Source of the DNA: Minisyncoccota bacterium
GTDB taxonomy: Bacteria > Patescibacteriota > Minisyncoccia > UBA6257 > UBA9933
Direction of reading: 5' to 3'
DNA: 64,000 bases
Assembly (NCBI GenBank): GCA_041653755.1
Contig: JBAZEU010000001.1
Coordinates: 1,398 to 65,397, forward strand
In this document: positions 35,930-45,216 of the stretch, in pieces
How positions within the stretch are numbered: the stretch's first letter is position 1
Layout: every line of letters starts with the position of its first letter
Notes under the pieces: model-generated
The model's database searches: none
The model's input: only the letters and a program-made list of their open reading frames with translations
What the model was told of the DNA's origin: nothing
Position numbers and translations under genes: made by a program

Positions 35930-36610
35930 ATGTTAGCTCAAAGTTGGACAGAAATCATGGTTAGCTCATTCCAGAATGTCTGGATAAACGTAATTAGTTA
36001 CTTGCCTACTTTTATCGGCGCTTTGATAGTTTTGTTGGTTGGTTTGGCTATTGCTTCTCTTTTGGGGAAACTCATCGAGAAGCTTTTTAAGGCCATTAAG
36101 ATTGATGAATTTTTCCAGAAAATCGGTTTGACTAGATATGCCGAAAAAGGAGGTTTTCAACTTAAGGTTGCTTGGTTTTTGGGACGGCTAGTTTATTGGT
36201 TTTTTGTCATTGTCATTGTTTTGGCATTAGCTGATAAATTAGGATTTGTCGCTCTTTCCAGTTTCTTGCACGACATTCTCTTGTATGTTCCAAATATCAT
36301 TGTTGCAATCTTGATATTGTTGGCTGTAATCGTTGTCGCTAATTTTCTTCGTTCAATCGTTAAGAAAACAGTTCAGACCACTAAATTTGGCGGCGCTGGA
36401 TTTTTAGCAACTCTCACTTGGTGGGTAGTTGTTTTGTTCGGTGTTGCGGCCGCGTTGATTCAGCTTCAGATCGCAGTAACAATTGTTAATACAATTGTCA
36501 TTGCTGTGATTGCTTCATTCGCATTGGCCTGTGGTTTGGCTTTCGGTCTTGGCGGGAAAGACGAAGCAGCCAGAATGTTGGAGAAATTCAGAAAACATGT
36601 AGAAGAGTAG
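35930..36610 (+). CDS. Polytopic membrane protein with repeated conserved TM-helix units (MscS-N-terminal-like).
   Basis: Hydrophobic repeats only. Confidence 0.4.
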   Translation: MLAQSWTEIMVSSFQNVWINVISYLPTFIGALIVLLVGLAIASLLGKLIEKLFKAIKIDEFFQKIGLTRYAEKGGFQLKVAWFLGRLVYWFFVIVIVLALADKLGFVALSSFLHDILLYVPNIIVAILILLAVIVVANFLRSIVKKTVQTTKFGGAGFLATLTWWVVVLFGVAAALIQLQIAVTIVNTIVIAVIASFALACGLAFGLGGKDEAARMLEKFRKHVEE

Positions 36611-36623
36611 AATTCAGGAAATC

Positions 36624-36659
36624 AAAAAAACAATCCGCCCGAGGGCGGATTGTTTTTTG
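36624..36659. terminator. Bidirectional terminator.
   Basis: aaaaaaacaatccgcccgagggcggattgttttttg. Confidence 0.6.
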
Positions 36660-36688
36660 TTAAATAGTGTTTAATAATAGAACGTAGA

Positions 36689-37927
36689 ATGAATTTCAAA
36701 AACCTGAAAAAAATTGATTCAAGTCTATATGATCTGCTGTTTTCTGAAATAAAAAGACAGCAGGATACGATTAATTTAATTCCTTCGGAGAACATTGCTT
36801 CGGAAGCGCTTTTAGAAGTTTTAGGTTCGCCTTTAACTAACAAATATTCCGAGGGATGTCCGGGAGCCCGATATTATCCGGGCAATTTTTATTATGACGA
36901 AATTGAAAAATTGGCTCAAAATAGGGCTTTGAAGGCGTTTAAATTAAGCTCTAAAAATTGGTCAGTTAATGTCCAGCCCTATTCTGGTTCACCGGCCAAT
37001 TTAGCAATATACGCGGCTCTATTAAAGCCAGGCGACACGATTATGGGGATGAGTTTGTCAGCTGGCGGACATTTAACTCACGGTCATAAAGCAAATTTTT
37101 CCAGCCAGTTATATAAATCAGTTCAATACAGCGTTAATCCAGAAACTGGTTTAATCGACTATAAACAGCTTGAAAAATTAGCAAAAAAATATAGGCCAAA
37201 AATTATTATTTCCGGCGCCACGGCTTATCCGAGGAAAATAGATTTCAAAAAGATTGGCGGGATTGCTAAAAAAATTGGCGCTTATCATCTGGCCGATATT
37301 TCTCATATATCCGGCTTAGTCGTTGCAGGATTACACTCCACTCCGTTTCCATGTAGCGATGTTGTGATGACAACTACTCACAAAACATTAAGAGGCCCAA
37401 GAGGAGCAGTAATTTTTTCAAGAAAAAATATCTCCGAGAAAATCGATAAAGCGGTTTTTCCGGGAATGCAGGGCGGACCGCACAATAATGTAATCGCCGC
37501 TATTGCTCTAACTTTTTCCGAAGCCATAAAACCAAGTTTCAAGAATTATCAAAAACAAGTTATTAAAAATAATAAAGCTTTATCAAATACTTTGCAGAGT
37601 TTTGGTTTTAAGTTAATGAGCAACGGCACTGACAATCATTTACTATTGATTGACCTAAAAAATTTGAAGATTGACGGTTATGCAGCTGAACAGAAATTGG
37701 AGAAAGCAGGGATTATTGCTAATCGTAATACGGTAGTTGGCGATAAAAATCCAAGAAGACCTAGCGGTTTACGCTTAGGCACTCCTTTTGTTACTAGCCG
37801 AGGCATGAAAGAGAAAGAGATGAAAAAGATTGCTGAACTTATCTGCAGAGTTTTAATCAAGAAAGAAAACCCGTTGAGTATTAAAAAAGAGGTTCTAATT
37901 TTGTGTAAAAAATTCTATAAATATTAG
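36689..37927 (+). CDS. glyA: Serine hydroxymethyltransferase.
   Basis: The PLP-lysine motif is VMTTTHKTLRGPRG. 412 aa. Confidence 0.95.
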   Translation: MNFKNLKKIDSSLYDLLFSEIKRQQDTINLIPSENIASEALLEVLGSPLTNKYSEGCPGARYYPGNFYYDEIEKLAQNRALKAFKLSSKNWSVNVQPYSGSPANLAIYAALLKPGDTIMGMSLSAGGHLTHGHKANFSSQLYKSVQYSVNPETGLIDYKQLEKLAKKYRPKIIISGATAYPRKIDFKKIGGIAKKIGAYHLADISHISGLVVAGLHSTPFPCSDVVMTTTHKTLRGPRGAVIFSRKNISEKIDKAVFPGMQGGPHNNVIAAIALTFSEAIKPSFKNYQKQVIKNNKALSNTLQSFGFKLMSNGTDNHLLLIDLKNLKIDGYAAEQKLEKAGIIANRNTVVGDKNPRRPSGLRLGTPFVTSRGMKEKEMKKIAELICRVLIKKENPLSIKKEVLILCKKFYKY

Positions 37928-37931
37928 TGTA

Positions 37932-37970
37932 AGTTGCTATCTTTCGCGGCCGCGAGAGATAGCAACAGGA
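37932..37970 (+). terminator. Long inverted repeat/terminator after glyA.
   Basis: gttgctatctttcgcg gc cgcgagagatagcaac forms a 16-bp stem. Confidence 0.45.
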
Positions 37971-38026
37971 CGAAAACAACAAAAAAGTTTGTGCTTTTTA
38001 TCTTTTAGTTTTAAGCTTAAACGATT

Positions 38027-38887
38027 ATGATTATTGATGGTAGAAAAATTGCGGAGGATATTATAGTGAAGCTTCGCTTTGATATATCAAGCAAGCTTGC
38101 TATTAATGGGCTTAAGATTCAGCTGAAACCCGATAAGATTTTTGCGGCTATTTTGGTGGGTGAAAATCCGCAATCTATAAGCTTTTTAAAGCAAAAAGAA
38201 AAAATTGCCAAAGAATTAGGAATTGATTTCAGGATTTACAAATTTCCTGAAAACATAACGAGCGATGAGCTGAGAAAAGAAGTTGGGAAGATTTCTCAAT
38301 TGAGTAAAGTAGGTGGTGTTATCGTTCAACTCCCGTTGCTGGGGCAAATCAACAGTCAATATGTTTTAAATGCTATCCTTCGAGAGAAAGATATTGATGT
38401 TTTAGGGGAGAGAGCATTAGGTGCTTTTTACGCCGGTAGAAATCCAGTTTTACCGCCATCGGTGGCAACAGTTGATGCTGTAATTCAGAATTTAGAAGTA
38501 AAAATTAAGAATTGTCGCGTCGCTGTTGTCGGAGCAGGATTTTTAATCGGAAAGCCGATTGCGACGTGGTTGGCGGGCAAAGTAAAAGAACTTTATATTT
38601 TAGATATCGGCAGCGATTTATCGATTTTGAAACAAGTTGATTTGGTAATCTCTGGGGTTGGCAAAGTAGGTTTAATAAAATCAGAAATGTTGAAAGAAAA
38701 CGCCATTGTTATTGATTTCGGATATTCAATAGATGAGAGTGGGAAGATTAAAGGTGATTTCGATATTAATGATCCAAGATCCAAGATCCAAGATCCATGC
38801 GTCTACACTCCTACTCCGGGCGGCACTGGCCCGATTTTAGTTGCTAAGATTTTCGAAAATTTTTATACTCTCAATAATGAACAATAA
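38027..38887 (+). CDS. folD: Bifunctional methylenetetrahydrofolate dehydrogenase/cyclohydrolase.
   Basis: VVGAGFLIGKPIATWL Rossmann and PTPGGTGPI motifs. Confidence 0.9.
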   Translation: MIIDGRKIAEDIIVKLRFDISSKLAINGLKIQLKPDKIFAAILVGENPQSISFLKQKEKIAKELGIDFRIYKFPENITSDELRKEVGKISQLSKVGGVIVQLPLLGQINSQYVLNAILREKDIDVLGERALGAFYAGRNPVLPPSVATVDAVIQNLEVKIKNCRVAVVGAGFLIGKPIATWLAGKVKELYILDIGSDLSILKQVDLVISGVGKVGLIKSEMLKENAIVIDFGYSIDESGKIKGDFDINDPRSKIQDPCVYTPTPGGTGPILVAKIFENFYTLNNEQ

Positions 38888-39239
38888 AAATAAAAAGATT
38901 ATTCGTGGTTTCAAAAAGGCCTTTGACGGTTTTAGAGAAACCATAATAAAAGAAACAAGCTTTAAGATAATGCTTGTGATAGCTGTGTTGGTGGTGTGGG
39001 CAGCATTTTATCTCAATACCGGCAGAGAGGAAAAAGCTCTTTTATTTTTTGTGATTTTTATCGTTTTGATTCTTGAATTGATAAACTCAGCGGTTGAAAG
39101 AATAATGGATTATCTTGACACAAACCATGACGAAAGAATAAGAGTTATTAAAGATTTGATGGCGGCGATTGTTCTATTGGCAAGTATAGGAGCGATAATA
39201 GTTGGTCTTTTAATCTTCTGGCCGTATTTTTTTAGATAA
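38877..39239 (+). CDS. dgkA: Diacylglycerol kinase (prokaryotic DgkA family).
   Basis: ELINSAVE motif with three TM helices. Start chosen at MNNKNKK, overlapping the folD stop. Confidence 0.65.
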   Translation: MNNKNKKIIRGFKKAFDGFRETIIKETSFKIMLVIAVLVVWAAFYLNTGREEKALLFFVIFIVLILELINSAVERIMDYLDTNHDERIRVIKDLMAAIVLLASIGAIIVGLLIFWPYFFR

Positions 39240-39321
39240 AATTATTTTTTGACAGACGACAGAAAAAATTATAGTATTGCTATCAAGATTTTGATAGCTT
39301 TTTAAAAATTGGGAGGCAAAA

Positions 39322-39807
39322 ATGGCGAATGATGGGTCTCAAAAGAGAATAGAAGGGCCAATTAAGTTTCTTATAAATAGCATTTTATGCGATAGGCAAG
39401 GGAATGTTTCGGCCGATAACGTTAAGCTTGCAACTCAATTGAGAGAGCACGGCGATATCGCAGTAGATCTTATTCTACGCGAGCTTTATCTTTGTAAACG
39501 AAGTAATGCATTGAAACAGCATATAATTCCAAATGCCTGCCCAGCATTTCATTTGATCGGCGTCGTTTGCATCCTTGCAGATTCGCGGCATGCCAATCAA
39601 ACCGCTCAGATGTTGTTGTGGTGGGAAACGTCCAGGGACCGAAGTATCGTAAGCAGCATACTAAAAACAATAGAGAAAATCGGGGACGGGACGACAATCC
39701 CCATATTAGAGAAATATCTTGCGAACCTTGAAATGACAATAAAGCCAAGCCAATCTGTTATAGCAGAAGTCAAACGAGTAATTGCATCTTGCCAAGAGCG
39801 TGGATAA
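39322..39807 (+). CDS. Hypothetical protein.
   Basis: GGAGG RBS. 161 aa with no motif. Confidence 0.45.
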   Translation: MANDGSQKRIEGPIKFLINSILCDRQGNVSADNVKLATQLREHGDIAVDLILRELYLCKRSNALKQHIIPNACPAFHLIGVVCILADSRHANQTAQMLLWWETSRDRSIVSSILKTIEKIGDGTTIPILEKYLANLEMTIKPSQSVIAEVKRVIASCQERG

Positions 39808-39817
39808 GCAAACAAAA

Positions 39818-39853
39818 AAGCCGTAGGATTAGAAATTAATCTTACGGCTTTTT
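39818..39853. terminator. Bidirectional terminator shared with recA.
   Basis: aagccgtaggatt...aatcttacggcttttt. Confidence 0.55.
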
Positions 39854-39868
39854 AAATTTTAATAGAAT

Positions 39869-40888
39869 TTATTCTTTTTTGTCGTTGACCTCGATTATTT
39901 TCTTTTCCATTTCGTGCTGAAGTTTTTTATTGGCGCTTAATCCTTCTTTAGCTCCTTCTAAGCCAACGCCTAATTTTTCTCCGTTAAAACTGTAAGTGTT
40001 TCCGTTTTTCGTGATGACGCCCGAAATAATTCCGGTGTTTACTAAATCGCCGATGTAAGAGATTCCGTCGCCGTAGATAATATCGAATTCCGCTGTTCTG
40101 AATGGTGATGAAACTTTATTTTTTGCTACCTTAGCTTTTACGCGGTGGCCGATAATTTGTTCTCCTTTTTTTATTTTTGCCGAGGCGCGGATATCGATTC
40201 TAACCGATGAATAAAATTTTAATGCTCTTCCGCCAGGAGTGGTTTCCGGGTTGCCGAACATAATTCCGATTTTCATACGAAGTTGGTTAATAAAGATAAC
40301 CAAAGTATTTGATTTGGCAGTGATAGCAGTTAGTTTTCGCAAGGCCTGGCTCATCATTCTGGCTTGAAGTCCGATGAATTGCGCTCCCATTTCTCCTTCA
40401 ATTTCCGCTCGTGGAGTTAAAGCCGCGACAGAGTCGACAACAACTACATCGATTACTCCAGAGCGAACTAAGCTTTCTAAAATATTTAATGCTTCCTCTC
40501 CGCTGTCCGGTTGGGAAAGTATAAGTTCGTCGGTTTTCACTCCGATTCTTTTTGCGTAATCGACATCCAAAGAATGTTCGGCATCGATATAAGCGGCTTT
40601 CCCGCCGGCTTTTTGCGCCTGGCTGACAACAGTCATCGCGAGGGTGCTTTTACCTCCTCCTTCAGGACCGAAAATTTCAACAATTCTTCCTTTTGGAAGA
40701 CCGCCCACGCCTAAAGCTAAATCCAAAGAAAATGAACCGGTGGAAATTGTCGGTACATCCATTTTTTTGACATCGCCTAGTTTCATAACAGATCCTTCTC
40801 CGTACTTTTCTTGCAAAGATTCTAAAAGCTTATCGATGTCTTTTGATTTTTCTTCTTTTTGTTTATTCATTTTACGGTTGATAGTCAA
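39869..40888 (-). CDS. recA: Recombinase RecA.
   Basis: Walker A is [10 protein letters not shown]1/L2 loops are present. Confidence 0.95.
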   Translation of the reverse strand: MTINRKMNKQKEEKSKDIDKLLESLQEKYGEGSVMKLGDVKKMDVPTISTGSFSLDLALGVGGLPKGRIVEIFGPEGGGKSTLAMTVVSQAQKAGGKAAYIDAEHSLDVDYAKRIGVKTDELILSQPDSGEEALNILESLVRSGVIDVVVVDSVAALTPRAEIEGEMGAQFIGLQARMMSQALRKLTAITAKSNTLVIFINQLRMKIGIMFGNPETTPGGRALKFYSSVRIDIRASAKIKKGEQIIGHRVKAKVAKNKVSSPFRTAEFDIIYGDGISYIGDLVNTGIISGVITKNGNTYSFNGEKLGVGLEGAKEGLSANKKLQHEMEKKIIEVNDKKE

Positions 40889-41498
40889 CTAATCTGGTAA
40901 TTTTTATTTCTTTGCCCAAGAATTTTTTCGCCGTGAATATAATATTATTAGGACCTTGCTGAAGAGTGATATCTTTTTCGAACCAGCCGGTTTGGTCCGC
41001 TACGACTTCCGTGTTGTCAATTATTAATTTATCTTTTGGATCAATGCGGCCGGACACTTTAATCGTTGGTTCTTTTACGATTATTTCCGATACGGCGGGA
41101 TTAATAATTTCAAGCTTCGGCGAACCGAAAATATTATTCCATTGGAAGCTTAAATAAATTATAACAATAATCAGAATGATTACGAACAAAAATAGTTTCT
41201 TGCTTTGCTTGACTGGCAGGGCATAACGGTTAGGGGAAAGCTTGTCGTTCTGGCCGGAAGCTTTCAATGGCGATTCGTTTTTAAATGATTGCCACAATTC
41301 TTCGCCATCAAGCCGTAAGACCTTTGCAATTTTCAAGAGATACCCTCTGGTATAAGGCGCGGACGGTAAATTTTTAAAGTCGCCGTCAATTAACGCTTCC
41401 AAATAACGCTTTGGGATATCGGTTGACTCCGATAATTTTTCTAAGGTGATCCCCTTAGATTCCATTAATTCTTTTAAGGTTTCGCTCAAGGTAGCCAT
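40872..41498 (-). CDS. HTH (XRE-type) plus TM protein, RodZ-like.
   Basis: N-terminal [26 protein letters not shown], a TM helix and a C-terminal beta-rich domain. Confidence 0.55.
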   Translation of the reverse strand: MATLSETLKELMESKGITLEKLSESTDIPKRYLEALIDGDFKNLPSAPYTRGYLLKIAKVLRLDGEELWQSFKNESPLKASGQNDKLSPNRYALPVKQSKKLFLFVIILIIVIIYLSFQWNNIFGSPKLEIINPAVSEIIVKEPTIKVSGRIDPKDKLIIDNTEVVADQTGWFEKDITLQQGPNNIIFTAKKFLGKEIKITRLVDYQP

Positions 41499-41504
41499 AT
41501 TGTT

Positions 41505-43613
41505 TTATTCTTCTTCGATTGGGAAATCTTCTTTTTTAAGATTGTTTATTTTTTCGAAATAGACATCTCGGGGTTTTGCGCCGCTGCCGGGGCCGATTAA
41601 TCCTTTGGCTTGCAAAATATCCAAAAGACGGGCTGCCCTGGCATAACCAACTTTCAGATGACGTTGTAGCAATGATGCCGATGCCTTTTTTGCTTCATAA
41701 ATAATTTCAATCGCTTCATCCAAAAGTTCGTCGTCTTCTCCACCATTAGCGTCAAAATCGCTTAAAAAATTTTCAACCTGATCCGGCTCAAAATCAATGC
41801 TTTCGCTGCCATTCGTTACGATGTCATTATTCTCTCTGATAAAGTCAGTGACTTTTTGAGCTTCTTCTTCGCTGACATAAGCGCCTTGAATTCTTTTTGG
41901 TTTTGAAAATTCTGAGGATATGAAAAGCATATCGCCGCCGCCCAATAATTTTTCTGCACCGGAAGTGTCTAATATTGTTCTGGAATCAACTTGGCTTGGC
42001 ACTTGAAGAGCGACTCTGGCAGTAATGTTGGCTTTGATAAGACCAGTGACAACTTCAACTGATGGCCTTTGAGTTGAAAGGACTAAGTGGATACCAGTGG
42101 CACGTGCCATTTGAGCAAGTCGAACAATTGAACTTTCAACCTCGCGTCCGTAAGTAGTCATCAAGTCAGCCAATTCATCGATTACGATGACTAAAAATGG
42201 AAGGGCTTCTTCGGGTTTCTTTTTGTTAAAACTTTGAACGTCTCTGGAACCGGAGGCCTGAAGCAAATCATATCTTCTATCCATTTCAGAAAGAGCCCAG
42301 CGAAAAACGCCGACTGATTTTTTGAGATCGGTTATCGGCGGCGTTAAAAGATGAGGAATATTTTCGTAGATCGAAAGTTCCACTCTTTTCGGGTCGATTA
42401 AAAGCAGTTTTAATGTTTCGGGAGAATTTTTGTAAATTAAAGAAATCAAAAGAGAATGAATGCAAATACTTTTTCCGGAACCGGTTGAACCAGCGACTAA
42501 AAGATGAGGCATCTTTTCAATATCAGAAAAAATTATTTCACCGGATACATCCCGGCCAAGGGGGAAGGACAACAGGCCGGATTTTGAAAATTCCGGATAA
42601 GCCATAAGCGAACCAAGCCGAACAATCGCCGCCGCTTTATTGGGCACTTCAATGCCGACTAAAGATTTTCCCGGAATCGGAGCTTCAATCCTTATTGGAT
42701 GAGCGGCTAGAGATAATGCTAAATCCTGATTTAAAGCAGTAATTCTTGAAAGCTTTATTCCTTCAGCCGGTTTTAAAGTGTAGCGGGTTACTTTGGGGCC
42801 GATATTTATTTCACCCATTTCTACCGGAATGCCGAAACTTTCCAAAGTTCTTTTTATGATATTGGCGTTGGCTCGCAAGTCGCCGGATGTCGGTTTTTCA
42901 ACCGAAGAACGCAAGAGTGAAAATGGAGGAGCGGTATATCCTTTTATCTTCATTGATTTTGATTTGAGGGGAATTAAAGGTTTGACGTTCTTTTTATCTT
43001 GTTCGGGTTTAATCGGCGCCGATTGCTCTTCTTCAAGGCCTTGCGGGATTTTTAATTCTTTCACATTTAATTCGGAGAAGTCCTCTTCTAACTTTTCTTT
43101 CCTGCGGAATTTTATCGGGACATTAAAAACAGCGATGAGAGATGATAAAAAGATCGCCACAATAATTATTATCGCGAAAGGTTTTCCGAATGGATGTTCC
43201 AGCCAGCCCAAAATTTTTCCAAGCCAGCCGCCATTTTTTAAAGTTATATCTATTAAGCCAAGACCGGCTAATATGAAAATTCCGGCACCGATAAAAGGTA
43301 TTTTTATGGTGGTTACGGAATGAGAAGCGAAAAAAACAATCGCCAGCAATAGTAAGATTAAAGGCAAAAGAAAATATCCTTTACCGAAGAACTTTTCAAA
43401 AATACTGTAAATAAAATTACCGGCTGGTCCGGCACTTTTAAATCCTGCAAAAATAAAAAGAAGCATCAAGGCGACGCAGGCGATTCCCCAAAGAGTTTGT
43501 TTTGTTTCTGGATGAAGACCCAAAGAATTGTGGTTCACGGCAATTTCCTTTCTACCGTTCCCATTTTTTCTTCCATTGTTTCTATTATTTTTTCCGTTAT
43601 TTTTCCGAGCCAT
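41505..43613 (-). CDS. ftsK: DNA translocase FtsK/SpoIIIE.
   Basis: N-terminal TM domain, Walker A GSTGSGKS and a gamma winged helix at the C-terminus. Confidence 0.9.
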   Translation of the reverse strand: MARKNNGKNNRNNGRKNGNGRKEIAVNHNSLGLHPETKQTLWGIACVALMLLFIFAGFKSAGPAGNFIYSIFEKFFGKGYFLLPLILLLLAIVFFASHSVTTIKIPFIGAGIFILAGLGLIDITLKNGGWLGKILGWLEHPFGKPFAIIIIVAIFLSSLIAVFNVPIKFRRKEKLEEDFSELNVKELKIPQGLEEEQSAPIKPEQDKKNVKPLIPLKSKSMKIKGYTAPPFSLLRSSVEKPTSGDLRANANIIKRTLESFGIPVEMGEINIGPKVTRYTLKPAEGIKLSRITALNQDLALSLAAHPIRIEAPIPGKSLVGIEVPNKAAAIVRLGSLMAYPEFSKSGLLSFPLGRDVSGEIIFSDIEKMPHLLVAGSTGSGKSICIHSLLISLIYKNSPETLKLLLIDPKRVELSIYENIPHLLTPPITDLKKSVGVFRWALSEMDRRYDLLQASGSRDVQSFNKKKPEEALPFLVIVIDELADLMTTYGREVESSIVRLAQMARATGIHLVLSTQRPSVEVVTGLIKANITARVALQVPSQVDSRTILDTSGAEKLLGGGDMLFISSEFSKPKRIQGAYVSEEEAQKVTDFIRENNDIVTNGSESIDFEPDQVENFLSDFDANGGEDDELLDEAIEIIYEAKKASASLLQRHLKVGYARAARLLDILQAKGLIGPGSGAKPRDVYFEKINNLKKEDFPIEEE

Positions 43614-43662
43614 TCATCTATTCTAATTAAAATATATATAAAATTCAATAAAAATTGTAGAT

Positions 43663-43690
43663 TTGACTGTTTTCTAAAAACGCTTAAAAT
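43663..43690 (+). promoter_or_regulatory. Promoter TTGACT-N16-TAAAAT.
   Basis: Lies in the AT-rich divergent region about 70 nt upstream of the 43760 ORF. Confidence 0.35.
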
Positions 43691-43759
43691 AGAGGAGATA
43701 ATGAAACATTTTATAGTATCGGGGACTAAAAAGTTCCCGATAATATATAACATGTCAAA

Positions 43760-44236
43760 ATGTCATATTTTATAGGCGCGCAAGGCAAACAATTTGCTCC
43801 GACTGAAGTGGCCAAAGAAATTATTTCTTTTATGGAAGCCGATAATAAAAGGAGTTACCGTATTGTTGTCGGTACGGATTCTTTGCTTTTGGCGGACAAG
43901 ACAGCCGATTTTGTGACAGCCGTAGTAGTTCATCGAGTTGGCAATGGCGGCAAGTATTTTTGGAAACGGCAATCATTTAAAAACTTCTATACTTTAAGAG
44001 ACAGGATTTTGAAAGAAGTTATTCTTTCGATTGATTTAGCTAAAGAGGTTTTGTTGGATTTGAAGAATCTTAAAGCGCCTGATTTCAATTTTGAAATTCA
44101 CGTTGATATTGGCACCAACGGTCCAACTAATGAAATGATGCAAGAAGTTATCGGTATGATTCGCGCTTACAATTTTGAAGTGAAAACAAAACCTGATAGT
44201 TATGCCGCGTCAAAAGTCGCAGACCGGCACGTATAG
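43760..44236 (+). CDS. RNase H-fold protein, possibly the YkuK/DUF458 family.
   Basis: IVVGTDS...HVDIG acidic pattern, assigned from memory of DUF458. Confidence 0.35.
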   Translation: MSYFIGAQGKQFAPTEVAKEIISFMEADNKRSYRIVVGTDSLLLADKTADFVTAVVVHRVGNGGKYFWKRQSFKNFYTLRDRILKEVILSIDLAKEVLLDLKNLKAPDFNFEIHVDIGTNGPTNEMMQEVIGMIRAYNFEVKTKPDSYAASKVADRHV

Positions 44237-44279
44237 ATACAATCTATAATTAAGAATGCAGAATTAAGAATGAAGAACT

Positions 44280-45215
44280 ATGAACAATAAAAAATTAATA
44301 ACAATTATCTTTAGCGTTTTATTGGTAGGTATTTTATTTGGTGCTGCAGGTTCCGTTAAAGCCAATGTTTTTGGCGATATATATAATAAGTACTTGAAGC
44401 CGGTTTTTAATTTTGAGAAAACCGCTTCGCCGACAACTACTCCTCAAACATCACAGGAAATTTACTCTCCGACAAATGATTATGAGCAAGCAGTCATAAA
44501 AGCGGTTGAAAACGCTTCGCCGGCCGTGGTTTCCATAATTATCTCTAAGTATGTGCCGGTGATTGAGCAATGTCCTTATAACCCTTTTTCTGATTTGCCG
44601 CCTGAATTTCGGCAACTGCTTGGCGGCGACCAACAATTTTACACTGAATGCCAAAAAGGTACCCAGCTTCAGGAAGTCGGCGGCGGCAGCGGTTTTATCG
44701 TATCTAGTGACGGAGTAATTGTCACTAATAAGCACGTTGTTGCTGACAAAAACGCTTCTTATACGGTTTTAACCAATGACGGTAAAAAATATGACGCTAA
44801 GGTTTTATTCAGAAATCCAAATTTGGATTTGGCAATTGTTAAAATTAGCGCCACTGGTTTAAAAACGATACCATTAGGGACATCAACTGGCTTAAGATTA
44901 GGCCAAACAACAATCGCTATCGGTAATGCTTTAGGCGAATTCAGAAATACTGTTTCGGTGGGTGTTGTCTCCGGCTTAGCGAGAAGCATAACGGCTTCCA
45001 GCGGCGGCCAGTCGAACGAAAAATTAGAGAATTTAATCCAAACAGACGCGGCGATTAACGCTGGTAATTCCGGCGGGCCATTGCTTAATTTGAAAGGCGA
45101 AGTAATCGGCATTGATGTGGCAATGGTTTCAGGCGCGCAAAATATCGGGTTTGCCGTGCCAATAGATCAAGTCAAGCAATCAATCGAATCAGTATTAACA
45201 AATAACAACAAATAA
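44280..45215 (+). CDS. Trypsin-like serine protease (S1C, HtrA-like, no PDZ).
   Basis: TNKHVV (His), DLAIVKI (Asp), GNSGGPL (Ser) and an N-terminal TM. Confidence 0.8.
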   Translation: MNNKKLITIIFSVLLVGILFGAAGSVKANVFGDIYNKYLKPVFNFEKTASPTTTPQTSQEIYSPTNDYEQAVIKAVENASPAVVSIIISKYVPVIEQCPYNPFSDLPPEFRQLLGGDQQFYTECQKGTQLQEVGGGSGFIVSSDGVIVTNKHVVADKNASYTVLTNDGKKYDAKVLFRNPNLDLAIVKISATGLKTIPLGTSTGLRLGQTTIAIGNALGEFRNTVSVGVVSGLARSITASSGGQSNEKLENLIQTDAAINAGNSGGPLLNLKGEVIGIDVAMVSGAQNIGFAVPIDQVKQSIESVLTNNNK

Positions 45216-45216
45216 C

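Noticed and set aside
38771-38796. Tandem gatccaa x3 (ccaagatccaagatccaagatcc) inside folD.
   Set aside because: A short in-frame triplet of a 7-mer that encodes ordinary FolD sequence (RSKIQDP). Too short to call a meaningful repeat.
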